The position numbers were made by a program, and so were the translations under genes. Below, one piece after another: positions 1 to 9,081 of a DNA stretch of 64,000 nt. The stretch lies in NCBI GenBank assembly GCA_001821765.1, contig MHOA01000008.1:167-64166 (forward strand), given 5' to 3'. Source of the DNA: Candidatus Ryanbacteria bacterium RIFCSPLOWO2_12_FULL_44_26 (GTDB taxonomy: Bacteria; Patescibacteriota; Minisyncoccia; Ryanbacterales; HO2-45-13). Every line of letters begins with the position of its first letter. Positions within the stretch are counted from its first letter, which is position 1. The notes beneath the pieces were generated by a model. The model made no database searches. It was given only the letters and a program-made list of their open reading frames with translations, and was not told where the DNA came from.

Positions 1-2
1 AT

Positions 3-3000
3 GTGGGGTCCGCGACTCGCAAACAACTCAACGATCTGATTGCGGATCGTGACAGTCTCTCGCCATCTCCGCAACCGCCGTCACCCACTCCTACTCCCAC
101 TCCACAGCCCACGCCCCCGCTTTCCACTGCTACTCGCATCATACACACATGGACCTTTAGCGATGGCAAGGCCCAGATCTCACATATCTTCAACCGCACC
201 GACCAGGAATATCTGAACTACATTGCAAGTGTTGAGGCGCGGTGTCGCGCGATTCCAATCACTCAATTCCGCTGGAGCGCTCGCGTGGCAGACAGCAATT
301 CCTTAAACTGGCAAAACTACGGCATCCCGGATTGCACGGGCACGCCGCTGTTGCCCACACCACAGCCAACGCCGACCAGCGTCTGCGGCAATGCAATCTG
401 CGAAACGGGAGAAACCCAAAACAGCTGCCCGAGTGATTGTGGCCAAGTCTCAACCTCCACATGGATACTCCACACCTGGACTTTCAGCGATGGAGCAATC
501 GTCCAATCAAAGATTTTCAACCGCACCGACCAGGAATATCTCAACTATGTTGCAAGTATTGAGGCGCAGTGCCGCGCCATCCCACGGTCGCGGTTCGTCT
601 GGAAACCCAATGCCGCTAACAGTGATCCCTCAAACTGGCAAAACTACGGTATCCCAAATTGTTCTTCCTTTCTATCAGCGCCTATCTGCGGCAATGCAAT
701 CTGCGAAACGGGAGAGACCAGCGCCGTCTGCGCGCAGGATTGTCCGCTGACCTGTACGACGACTCCCTCCAAATGCACCACTGCATTCTCCTGCGCTGCT
801 GCCGGTTATGCCTGGTGCAGTAACGCCTGCTATGCCTCCAACGCCTCCTGTCCCGTCCTCTCATGCGGTGATAACATCATCACTGCTCCGGAAGAATGTG
901 AGATCGGCGTGCAGCGTATTGCCCCCACCTGTATCCAAAAGGGGTTTGATAGCGGAGGGCCGATTACCTGCAGCACGAACTGCCGATGGAATACTGACTC
1001 TTGTGTGAACTATGTCTGCGGCAATAACGTCCGGGAAGGAACAGAAGCGTGCGATGGGAATACTGAAATACTCTCCTGCACGACGCTTGATGGGTACAAA
1101 GGCACGAAGACCCGAGCCTGTAATCCGCCTGCCGGCACCAATGCCTGCCAGTGGGGCAGTTTCGGCAACTGCATTCCAAACGAATTCTGCGGCGATGGAA
1201 CAATCCAGACTTCGGCAAGAGAAACGTGCGAGGGCTCCAACCTTGGAGGAAACACTTGTCGTAGTCTTGGGTACGATAAAGGCACGGTGTCGTGTAATAC
1301 AAACTGCACGCTCAATACTGCACAATGCAGCAACATTGATTCTGATGAACCCGTGTTACCCGGTACAGGTTCAGTGGATATAGGAATCGTTTTCCCAGGA
1401 GCCAGCTGGGCAGCGCGTAATCCTGAAGACGTGGGACTTAAACAATCGGGAGTCGACCAATTTGTTTCTGCTGTTAGGAATTTCAGTAGCAATGGCATGG
1501 TTATCAAAGATGGTTATCAGGTCGCTTCTTGGGGAAGCCTGAGCGATAAAAACGACTGGGCATCCGCTGCAAAGCCGGTACATTCCACACTGCTTTTCTT
1601 TGCGGTCAAAGAAGGAAAACTTTCAGGCATTGGCGATCGCATTGCATCTTACGTTAACAAGGTTTTGGGTAAGAGTTTAAGATCGGCTGACCTCCCTATG
1701 ACCTTTCGTCATCTCTCCAACATGACGAGCGGATACACCCTTCCTGAAGGGCCGGGGGAAGCTTGGGCATATAATGACTATGCTATCAAACTTTATGTCC
1801 GCATGCTCTATGATGGCGTTTATGGCACTTCAAATGCCAACCAAGTCGCCATCAATACAAATCGTCTGGGTGCCTTGGGCTTTCAAGATGGTTCGATTTT
1901 TTCCAGCAGGGATGGCTATGGATTGAGCACCTCTGTGAGAGATTTTGCCCGAATTGGATGGCTTTGGGCAAACAAAGGTTATTGGAACGGACGACAACTG
2001 TTCCCCAAAGAATATTTTGACCTGTACGTGAATGTCCAGGTGCCATCCAATCTTCCTAGGACAACAGGAAGCTCTGTGGATGACTACCTAGGTGTTGGCA
2101 CAATAGGAGGAGGCAATGATCTATCAAGTCTGGGACCTGGTGTATATGGAGCTAACTTCTGGTTCAATGCAAATAAAAAATTATTTCCAGACTTACCTGC
2201 TGATACTTATCAAGCCGTTGGTCACTGGGGCACGAAAGTGCTTACTGTATTTCCATCTCAAAGAATGGTTGTTGTTCATTGGCAAAGCGGAACTCGCGAC
2301 CAAAGTGGCTATAATCGGGACTTCAACAGCGTGGCACGATCTCTTATCAATGCCGTAGTTGCTCAACCTGAGCCCACCCCCACCCCAACAAGTAAAGGTA
2401 AAATAATCGTTGATCCCACTAATCCTGAGTGGCTTATCTATGAAAATGGAAAACCTTTCTTTATGTGTGGCCCGGGAGATCCGGAAGACTTTTTATATCG
2501 CGGAACACTCCTGAACGATGGAACCCGAAGTGGTGACCAACTCAATCTTATTAACAAACTTAAAGGAACCGGGGCTAACAGCATTTACCTCCAGGCCATT
2601 CGTTCTCATGGTGGAGATGGTAATAACACACACAATCCGTTTATTAATCATGATCCTACAAAAGGATTAAATGCCAAGGTTTTAGATCAGTGGGAGAGTT
2701 GGTTTAGCGAGATGGACAGAAATTCTATCGTGATCTACTTTTTCTTTTATGATGATAGCGCAAATATTTGGAATACGGGTGATATCGTTGGATCTGCTGA
2801 AAAAGCCTTTATTGAAGGTATTGTTAATCGATTTGAACACCACAAAAATTTGATTTGGGTTGTTGCTGAAGAATATGGAGAAAAGTTCTCGGCTACTCGC
2901 GTATCCAATATTGCACAAGTGATTCGTTCAGCAGACAACAATCAACATGTCATTGGGGTCCATAAAAATGAAAGTATTTCATTTTCAGAATTTGCAAACG

Positions 3001-3557
3001 ATCCAAATATCGGACAGTTTGCTATGCAAATCAATAGTCCTTCAACCCCTACAGAAATGCATGTTGAGGTATTGAAGGCTTGGAATAATGCTTCTGGAAG
3101 ATACAACTTAAACATGTCGGAAGCGGCTAACCAGCCGATTGATTCATCGGCACGAAAAATGAATTGGGCTGCTGCGATGGCAGGTGCTTACGTCACGGCC
3201 CTTGGATGGACAATAGATAACACCCCGAAAGAAACCCTGGTTGACTGTGGCCGACTTGTAAACTTTATGGAGAGCACAACCTTAAACAAAATGTCCCCCA
3301 GAGATGATTTGGCAAGCGCTGGAACCCAATACCTACTGGCAAATCCAGGTCAAAGTTATATTGCCTATTCCGCATCTCTATCTGGAGATATCGGGATCAA
3401 AAACATGAGTGCCGGTACATATTCCTTCAAATGGCTTGACATTCTGACAGGTTATTCTTTAACCCAAACAAGAGTACAAGTCTTGTCAGGAACTCAAAAT
3501 TTTAAATTACCTCCGGGAATCGGCAAAGAGGTCGCTGTTTTTATTCTGAAAGAATGA
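3..3557 (+). CDS. Large modular secreted protein, 5'-truncated by the window edge. It has two copies of a ~105-aa domain, Cys-rich (CGNAICETGET / CGDGT..ETCEG type) repeats, a beta-lactamase-fold serine hydrolase domain and a C-terminal glycoside-hydrolase-like (DUF4038/GH5-like) domain.
   Basis: The ORF is 1184 aa with no start codon in the window. The motif block IIHTWTFSDG...NWQNYGIP(D/N)C occurs twice, at nt ~131-340 and ~463-665. Pro/Thr-rich linkers are present. SAAK (SxxK), FAVKEGKLSGIGD and MTFRHLSNMTSGY match the beta-lactamase/PBP family pattern. The C-terminal region resembles the GKPFF...GDP...G.N.IY family. Family assignments are from memory, not a search. Confidence 0.6.
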   Translation: MGSATRKQLNDLIADRDSLSPSPQPPSPTPTPTPQPTPPLSTATRIIHTWTFSDGKAQISHIFNRTDQEYLNYIASVEARCRAIPITQFRWSARVADSNSLNWQNYGIPDCTGTPLLPTPQPTPTSVCGNAICETGETQNSCPSDCGQVSTSTWILHTWTFSDGAIVQSKIFNRTDQEYLNYVASIEAQCRAIPRSRFVWKPNAANSDPSNWQNYGIPNCSSFLSAPICGNAICETGETSAVCAQDCPLTCTTTPSKCTTAFSCAAAGYAWCSNACYASNASCPVLSCGDNIITAPEECEIGVQRIAPTCIQKGFDSGGPITCSTNCRWNTDSCVNYVCGNNVREGTEACDGNTEILSCTTLDGYKGTKTRACNPPAGTNACQWGSFGNCIPNEFCGDGTIQTSARETCEGSNLGGNTCRSLGYDKGTVSCNTNCTLNTAQCSNIDSDEPVLPGTGSVDIGIVFPGASWAARNPEDVGLKQSGVDQFVSAVRNFSSNGMVIKDGYQVASWGSLSDKNDWASAAKPVHSTLLFFAVKEGKLSGIGDRIASYVNKVLGKSLRSADLPMTFRHLSNMTSGYTLPEGPGEAWAYNDYAIKLYVRMLYDGVYGTSNANQVAINTNRLGALGFQDGSIFSSRDGYGLSTSVRDFARIGWLWANKGYWNGRQLFPKEYFDLYVNVQVPSNLPRTTGSSVDDYLGVGTIGGGNDLSSLGPGVYGANFWFNANKKLFPDLPADTYQAVGHWGTKVLTVFPSQRMVVVHWQSGTRDQSGYNRDFNSVARSLINAVVAQPEPTPTPTSKGKIIVDPTNPEWLIYENGKPFFMCGPGDPEDFLYRGTLLNDGTRSGDQLNLINKLKGTGANSIYLQAIRSHGGDGNNTHNPFINHDPTKGLNAKVLDQWESWFSEMDRNSIVIYFFFYDDSANIWNTGDIVGSAEKAFIEGIVNRFEHHKNLIWVVAEEYGEKFSATRVSNIAQVIRSADNNQHVIGVHKNESISFSEFANDPNIGQFAMQINSPSTPTEMHVEVLKAWNNASGRYNLNMSEAANQPIDSSARKMNWAAAMAGAYVTALGWTIDNTPKETLVDCGRLVNFMESTTLNKMSPRDDLASAGTQYLLANPGQSYIAYSASLSGDIGIKNMSAGTYSFKWLDILTGYSLTQTRVQVLSGTQNFKLPPGIGKEVAVFILKE

Positions 3558-3931
3558 ACTTTATAGGAAGCGCCAGAGCTCGGAAAAGAAGGATTGAGAT
3601 ACATGATATGATGAAACAAGTATGATGAAATAATTAAAGAATTTTGCACATTGATTCGCAATTTTTTCCCATGCATCCCATTTCTTGAGATGCTACCCAA
3701 AACAGGAATAATTTCCTGACAAAACCCAGGTCATATACAACAACGGTGAGCGGGAGAAATTTTCCTTAAAAAAACTTCTTTGACCTCCCATAGTATAATT
3801 AACATTATGCTTTTTATCTGTATGTTTGTCGAGAAAAGCGTTTTACCTTAAAAGATTCATTTCTTTTCAGCATGATTCCCGACACCATGCTAAAATAAAA
3901 ATACAGCCTCATATCAGTTCTTTATTTTATA

Positions 3932-4936
3932 ATGACAAAAAAGAACTTATACGTCGTTACAATCCTGATGGCACTTACAATCATGCCGATCTTCTATGCT
4001 CACGGGGAAACCCAAACGCTCACGAATGTCGGCTTTATACAGGGCAACATTTGGTATTCCGAAGAACCTTTTTTTGACGGTGATCATATAAGAATTTATA
4101 CCGTCCTTCATAATAATAGCGGACAGGATATTACCGGAACAATCGTATTCTATGACAATGAGACTCCAATAAACAGCAATAATTTCTCCATCGCGAACGA
4201 GAGAGTTCAAGACCAATGGACTGATTGGCAAGCAGTGTATGGCTCTCATAAAATCTCCGCATCCATTACGAATGCGAAGATGATATTGCCCGGCGGCGAG
4301 GAAGTTACTATTGTTTTACAAAACAGTCAGACCGGAGTCAGCGACCGTTTTGTTGACATTGATACCGATGAAGACGTTATTGGAAATAGCGCGGATGCCG
4401 ATGATGATAACGACGGCATGCCGGATACGAAAGAAGTCAGCATTGGAACAAATCCTCTCAAACAAGACACCGACGAAGATGGGATAAACGATGCCAAAGA
4501 CACAGATCCCCTTATTCCAGAAAAACCAGCCGCTTCCCAAACACCCCAAACAACGGAAACCTCTCCCGAGCAGGCAAACAGCATCCTTCCTTTTGCAACA
4601 CATGCAATAGCATTAATAGCCAACAAGATAGAAACAGCAAGGAAGGCGTTACTTGCGCAGATTGAAAGAAGGATCGAACACTTAAAAGCGGAGATGAAGG
4701 AGCAGAACATAAAAAAAGAATCCGTTCAGCCGACAACGAAAAAGAACGGAGCGGAGGCACGACTAGGGACAAAAGCGATGCTGAAAGATTCCGGTATTTT
4801 CCAATATCTCAATCTCTATATACATTATGCGCTGCTTTTCATTTTAAAATATAAAATACTTTTTTACTTCGTTTTAGCGCTTCTGTTTTACTATCTTACT
4901 CGGTTGTTTTACAGAAAAGTGTTCCGTTCATATTAA
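3932..4936 (+). CDS. Secreted Asp-rich Ca-binding (thrombospondin type-3-like repeat) protein with a C-terminal membrane anchor.
   Basis: N-terminal signal peptide MTKKNLYVVTILMALTIMPIFYAHG. Repeats DIDTDEDVIG, DADDDNDGMPD, DTDEDGINDAKDTD are present. The C-terminal stretch is hydrophobic. Confidence 0.55.
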   Translation: MTKKNLYVVTILMALTIMPIFYAHGETQTLTNVGFIQGNIWYSEEPFFDGDHIRIYTVLHNNSGQDITGTIVFYDNETPINSNNFSIANERVQDQWTDWQAVYGSHKISASITNAKMILPGGEEVTIVLQNSQTGVSDRFVDIDTDEDVIGNSADADDDNDGMPDTKEVSIGTNPLKQDTDEDGINDAKDTDPLIPEKPAASQTPQTTETSPEQANSILPFATHAIALIANKIETARKALLAQIERRIEHLKAEMKEQNIKKESVQPTTKKNGAEARLGTKAMLKDSGIFQYLNLYIHYALLFILKYKILFYFVLALLFYYLTRLFYRKVFRSY

Positions 4937-5000
4937 CGGCGGAAATTTATATGACAATCATAATATGTATGATTGAAAACTACTCTTATACATAAGATAT

Positions 5001-5471
5001 ATGCGACATGTAAAAGCAGGGAATAAAGCGCCGGATTTTTCCGGAAAAGACCAAAACGGCAACATCCATAGGATTTCCGACCATAAAGGAACATGGGTGC
5101 TGCTGTATTTTTATCCCAAAGACGACACACCCGGATGCACAAAAGAGGCATGCTCCATTCGGGATACACATAAAACCTTTAAAGAAAAAAATGTCGTGGT
5201 ACTTAGAGTAAGTAAAGACTCCGTTGAGAGCCATAAAAAGTTTGCAGACAAATACACGCTCCCCTTCACCTTGATTGCTGATCCGGAGAAAATTATTGTG
5301 AAACGCTACGGCGTTTGGAAAAAGAAAAAATTTCTTGGAAGAGCATATATGGGAACGGCGCGGGAGTCTTTTTTAATAAATCCGAAAGGCGTCATTGCAA
5401 AAGTATATGAAAAAGTCAAACCGGCCGAGCACGCCGACGAAGTACTTGTTGATGTAAATACACTTGCGTAA
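5001..5471 (+). CDS. bcp: Thiol peroxidase, Bcp-type peroxiredoxin.
   Basis: APDF...LYFYPKDDTPGCTKEAC is the peroxiredoxin/AhpC-TSA active-site context. Size is 156 aa. Confidence 0.9.
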   Translation: MRHVKAGNKAPDFSGKDQNGNIHRISDHKGTWVLLYFYPKDDTPGCTKEACSIRDTHKTFKEKNVVVLRVSKDSVESHKKFADKYTLPFTLIADPEKIIVKRYGVWKKKKFLGRAYMGTARESFLINPKGVIAKVYEKVKPAEHADEVLVDVNTLA

Positions 5472-5591
5472 GCAAAAAAAATCTTTCTACTATGCCGATC
5501 TGTACGTTGTCGTGTTTATTGTACAACTCCTACTGAAAAATCATTTACTATTCTTAAAATCAAAAAGCTTTAAGCAAAAACACTGGCAAAC

Positions 5592-5617
5592 AAACGCCCC
5601 GCTTCAGCGGGGCGTTT
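5592..5617. terminator. Bidirectional intrinsic terminator hairpin between bcp (+) and a small membrane-protein gene (-).
   Basis: AAACGCCCCGC-TTCA-GCGGGGCGTTT forms an 11-bp GC-rich stem flanked by A/T runs. Confidence 0.7.
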
Positions 5618-5629
5618 GTGTTATGCTGT

Positions 5630-5872
5630 TTATGCCTCTTCCTGCGGAGGTGATGCCTGCGCGGAGGACTCTTGAGACTTTCCTGATATACACTCCCTGC
5701 AACGATGCGTATGTGTAACTATTTCGTAAATAGCTGCGGCACCGATCAAAATTCCCAAACCCCGCCAGAATGTACTGGGCAGAAACGCAAAATAAATATT
5801 GAGGGCGTTGAGAAGAGCCAACAGTCCTCCCAATATCAGCAAACCAAATGCTATCTTGTGAAGATTTTTCAT
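5630..5872 (-). CDS. Small membrane protein (two TM helices, Cys-rich tail); hypothetical.
   Basis: 80-aa ORF with hydrophobic segments IAFGLLILGGLLALL and GLGILIGAAAIYEIV, then HRCRECISGK. It overlaps an antisense 70-aa ORF that I judged less plausible. Confidence 0.35.
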   Translation of the reverse strand: MKNLHKIAFGLLILGGLLALLNALNIYFAFLPSTFWRGLGILIGAAAIYEIVTHTHRCRECISGKSQESSAQASPPQEEA

Positions 5873-6181
5873 ATGATAAAGTTTTTTGCGCCGGCGACCT
5901 TTAAAGTAACTGGTTGATATTATTTTACCAAATATTGATATTATTGTAACCGTAAATCATATAGTTCCCATATAATACTGGCGCGCAATCACTCAAACGG
6001 AACTTCAATGCTCTGCTGGCTGTCTTTTATGAAACTGCGAACGAGTATATAGGATATTTATACAACACAACCTTTTTCACCGACAAGTAGGCTTGCATTG
6101 AGACGGAAATGAAGATTTAGAGACTATATAAAAATTGACACTGGCATACTCTCCGGTAAGATACGTCTATAAGAAAACCTC

Positions 6182-6340
6182 ATGGAAAAAGAACCTGAAA
6201 AACCAAAAAGACGGCCCTGCATGCAATTAGGCCACTGTGATTTTATAAGAGATGGTGATGAATTCAGATGCACGAAATGCAGGATAAGAGTTAAAATTCA
6301 CCAAGAAAATAATCCGCCCCTACAAAAACCTGAGCAATAA
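6182..6340 (+). CDS. Tiny Cys-pair (zinc-ribbon-like) protein, 52 aa, hypothetical.
   Basis: ATG at 6182. The protein MEKEPEKPKRRPCMQLGHCDFIRDGDEFRCTKCRIRVKIHQENNPPLQKPEQ has C-x5-C...C-x2-C. It is below the 60-aa cut-off of the ORF track. A TTGACA-N17-TAAGAT promoter-like sequence lies at 6135-6163. Confidence 0.25.
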   Translation: MEKEPEKPKRRPCMQLGHCDFIRDGDEFRCTKCRIRVKIHQENNPPLQKPEQ

Positions 6341-6476
6341 CTACTGGAGCTTTATACCACAAACAAGGTTCTTTACTGCGAAGTGCCGATCCGCTCTTAC
6401 GGATAATTATTAAAAAATGAAAAGTAATTTCATAAATACAGCTTACTATTTTTGAACTTGCATATAAAAAACAGTT

Positions 6477-6504
6477 TTGACAAAAAGGATGGTTTGGGTA
6501 TAAT
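6477..6504 (+). promoter_or_regulatory. Near-consensus sigma-70-type promoter (TTGACA-N16-TATAAT) driving the small zinc-ribbon gene.
   Basis: TTGACA at 6477-6482 and TATAAT at 6499-6504 with a 16-nt spacer. The ~95-nt leader contains a hairpin (AGGCAA...GGGTTTATATATACCC...TTGCCT). Confidence 0.6.
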
Positions 6505-6605
6505 AGGTAGGTTAGATGAGACTAGGCAAAGGCGGGTTTATATATACCCATTGCCTAAACAAATCGCAAAGGTCTCTTTTTTATTAGAATAATTACACAG
6601 GCAAA

Positions 6606-6788
6606 GTGGCATACAACGAAAATCAAGGCGGTGGAGAACGGAAGATGTATCAGGGAGATTGGAAATGTTCCAAATGCGGAGCTGATATAAAGGAACTTCC
6701 ATTTAATCCTGATCCAAGCCGGGCGGACACCCTGCAGTGTCGGGATTGTTATCGGCAGAACCGACCGCCCCGCCGCAACAACTTCTAG
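6606..6788 (+). CDS. Small CxxC-x20-CxxC zinc-ribbon protein. The likely true start is ATG 6645, giving MYQGDWKCSKCG..., 47 aa.
   Basis: GGAGAA lies 7 nt upstream of ATG 6645. The motif is WKCSKCGADIKELPFNPDPSRADTLQCRDCY. An intrinsic terminator follows. Confidence 0.5.
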   Translation: MAYNENQGGGERKMYQGDWKCSKCGADIKELPFNPDPSRADTLQCRDCYRQNRPPRRNNF

Positions 6789-6805
6789 TGATAAAGCTAG
6801 TCAAA

Positions 6806-6839
6806 AACCCTCGCGTTGGACGCGAGGGTTTTTGATTTT
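6806..6839 (+). terminator. Intrinsic terminator.
   Basis: CCCTCGCG-TTGGA-CGCGAGGG followed by TTTTTGATTTT. Confidence 0.8.
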
Positions 6840-7004
6840 GTGTCAAATCTTCATATTTTTACCTGCTAAGCGTAAAAACACTTGATAGACAGGGGTTTTT
6901 ATACTTTATTATTTCGTCTTACTGCTGCATTACAATATCCACTTTTATGTCTTTTTAGAAAAAATTCCAAGAAGGAGTACAATATATGTTAGAGTCATTT
7001 TAAA

Positions 7005-7436
7005 ATGGGAGTGCCCACGATGAGGTACTACTCGCTTTTGCAAGATATGTGGAACCGAGTAAGTAATTATGCGTGTAAGCAATGCGGCAGTCTCGCCATT
7101 GTCTCCCATGAAGACGGTTTCCCAGATGTATGGGGCTGCAGGATATGCAACTACACTACCTATGCGCGAGATGTATTCTTCGGCGAAGTGATTGACGTCA
7201 TAGTGCTCGGCGTGATACTGCGATGTGTCATCGTCGCACAAAGCAAGCAGTTTGTACGTTTAATGATTAGCCGTGAAGAAATGCTTGAAATACAGGCGGA
7301 GTCAGGCGATCTTGCTGAAAACGCGACCGTTGAAGTGTATCACTTTATTCCGCGGAAGTATGCCCAAAGCAAGAGATTCGTAACAGCCGGTGAGTTCCAC
7401 ATGCCAAAAGACAAGCTCGTTGAAATTCTTTCCTGA
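7005..7436 (+). CDS. Hypothetical protein with an N-terminal CxxC...CxxC zinc ribbon. The start is possibly ATG 7020.
   Basis: CKQCGS...GCRICNY. GGGAG lies 8 nt before ATG 7020. A strong terminator sits immediately downstream. Confidence 0.45.
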   Translation: MGVPTMRYYSLLQDMWNRVSNYACKQCGSLAIVSHEDGFPDVWGCRICNYTTYARDVFFGEVIDVIVLGVILRCVIVAQSKQFVRLMISREEMLEIQAESGDLAENATVEVYHFIPRKYAQSKRFVTAGEFHMPKDKLVEILS

Positions 7437-7437
7437 A

Positions 7438-7467
7438 GACTCTCCGGTCGTTGGAGAGTCTTTTTTT
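7438..7467 (+). terminator. Intrinsic terminator.
   Basis: GACTCTCC-GGTCGTT-GGAGAGTC followed by TTTTTTT. Confidence 0.8.
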
Positions 7468-7548
7468 GTTGGAAAAAACGCTTCTTCCTGCACAGTAATA
7501 CTTGAACAGATGCGGGAATGAGCTGGAGCTACACCCTTCTAACGGGAT

Positions 7549-8367
7549 TTACTTATCCATGCGTCTGTTGTACGACCTCCCCAAAAGGGTCGCGATAAAA
7601 ATAAAAATGCTAAATAAGACAATGGTCGCGCCGGAGGCCGTATTGAAATAAAAAGAGCCCATCAGCCCCATGAATACGCTTAATACCCCTATGAGCAATG
7701 CGTATACCATCATCTGGCGGAATGTTCGGCTGATGTTTTTGGCTGCCGCGGCGGGGATGACCAGAAGCGCCGGGACAAGAATAATGCCGACCACCTTGAT
7801 GCTCATAGCGGTTACAACGGCGAGGAGTCCCAGAAACAGATATTCATAGAAACGAACTCTTACTCCAGAAACTTGAGCGATTTCCCGATTAAAGGTGATT
7901 TTGAAAAGAGGCTTCCAAGTAAGAAAAAATATAATGCCAACGAGAACGGAAATGAAAAGGGCAGTTATTACATCCTGAAAGGAAATGGCAATGATATCGC
8001 CAAAGAGGAATTGAAAAAGGTCAACACGGTATCCTTCAAGAAGCCCGATAATAAAGATGCCAAGAGCTGCCGCTCCAGAGAAAAAAATTCCGATAATGGT
8101 ATCAAGCGACTGCGTTGGCGCATGGTTTTGGAGATATCCCATGCCGAGTGCCAAGAAAAGCGATACAAACACCGCCGCCACTATGGGATTCATCGCAAAT
8201 AAAAAGCCGAGAGCGATTCCCGCAAAAGCAAAGTGAGCCACCGCGTCGCCGAAAAACGCGGAACGCCTCAGCACCACAAAAACGCCGAGAAGCGAGAGCG
8301 TCGCCCCCATGAGAACGCCGGCAACGAGCGCCCTTTGCATAAATTGAAGCTGAAAAATCTCAAACAT
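7549..8367 (-). CDS. Metal (Zn/Mn) ABC transporter permease, ABC-3 / ZnuB-like.
   Basis: 272 aa and polytopic. GDAVAHFAFAGIALG and the overall pattern are typical of ZnuB/MntB-family permeases. Its 8-nt overlap with the upstream ATPase gene indicates an operon. Confidence 0.85.
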   Translation of the reverse strand: MFEIFQLQFMQRALVAGVLMGATLSLLGVFVVLRRSAFFGDAVAHFAFAGIALGFLFAMNPIVAAVFVSLFLALGMGYLQNHAPTQSLDTIIGIFFSGAAALGIFIIGLLEGYRVDLFQFLFGDIIAISFQDVITALFISVLVGIIFFLTWKPLFKITFNREIAQVSGVRVRFYEYLFLGLLAVVTAMSIKVVGIILVPALLVIPAAAAKNISRTFRQMMVYALLIGVLSVFMGLMGSFYFNTASGATIVLFSIFIFIATLLGRSYNRRMDK

Positions 8368-9079
8368 TTCTTTTTTCTTTATGCGCGTATACGGCTTGAT
8401 TGCCGCCGTAAAGTTTTTCTATGACTTCTTTAGTAAGAGCTTTTTCCGGAATGCCTTTACAGAGAAGCTTGTGATTTACGCAAAGTACGGAGTTCGCGTA
8501 CCGATACACCACATCTACATCGTGAGAAACGAGAACTGTGGTTATCGCTTTTTCTTTTCTTAAAGTTTCCATCAGTTTATACACCTCAGCCGCGCCTTCA
8601 ATATCTATACTCGCAGCTGGTTCATCAAGAAACAAAATCTCCGGCTCATTGAGCATAGCCAATCCCAAAAGCACGCGCTGGAATTCTCCGCCTGAAAGCG
8701 AACCAAGGCTTTGGGAAAGAAGCGCCTTCACCCCTATCAATGCGAGCGTATCTTTCGGCAAAGAATTTTTAGCTGAAAGATGCGCCTTTAGAAGTTCTTC
8801 AACAATTACCGGCATGGTGCGGTCAAACTCAAGCCGCTGTGGGACATACCCTATCTTTGAGGCGATTTCTGCCAGTTCCCATGGCGCCCTTCCTAATATC
8901 TGAATCTCGCCCTGATATGGCACAAGACCAAGCATCGCTTTCAAAAGCGTTGTCTTGCCAGAACCGTTAGGGCCTATAATTGCGGCGATGTCGCCTTTTT
9001 CAATATTAAAAGATAAACCATCAAGGATATGGTGGCTATTGAGGGTGACATGAAGATTACGAACAGAGATTGTTGCCAT
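8360..9079 (-). CDS. Metal ABC transporter ATP-binding protein (ZnuC-like).
   Basis: Walker A GPNGSGKTT, signature LSGGEFQRV, Walker B ILFLDEP. Confidence 0.9.
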   Translation of the reverse strand: MATISVRNLHVTLNSHHILDGLSFNIEKGDIAAIIGPNGSGKTTLLKAMLGLVPYQGEIQILGRAPWELAEIASKIGYVPQRLEFDRTMPVIVEELLKAHLSAKNSLPKDTLALIGVKALLSQSLGSLSGGEFQRVLLGLAMLNEPEILFLDEPAASIDIEGAAEVYKLMETLRKEKAITTVLVSHDVDVVYRYANSVLCVNHKLLCKGIPEKALTKEVIEKLYGGNQAVYAHKEKRNV

Positions 9080-9081
9080 AG

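Noticed and set aside
131-665. The two internal domain copies in the first protein as a DGR template/variable repeat pair.
   Set aside because: The differences between copies are spread over all four bases rather than adenine-specific, and there is no reverse transcriptase in the window. It is an ordinary intragenic domain duplication.
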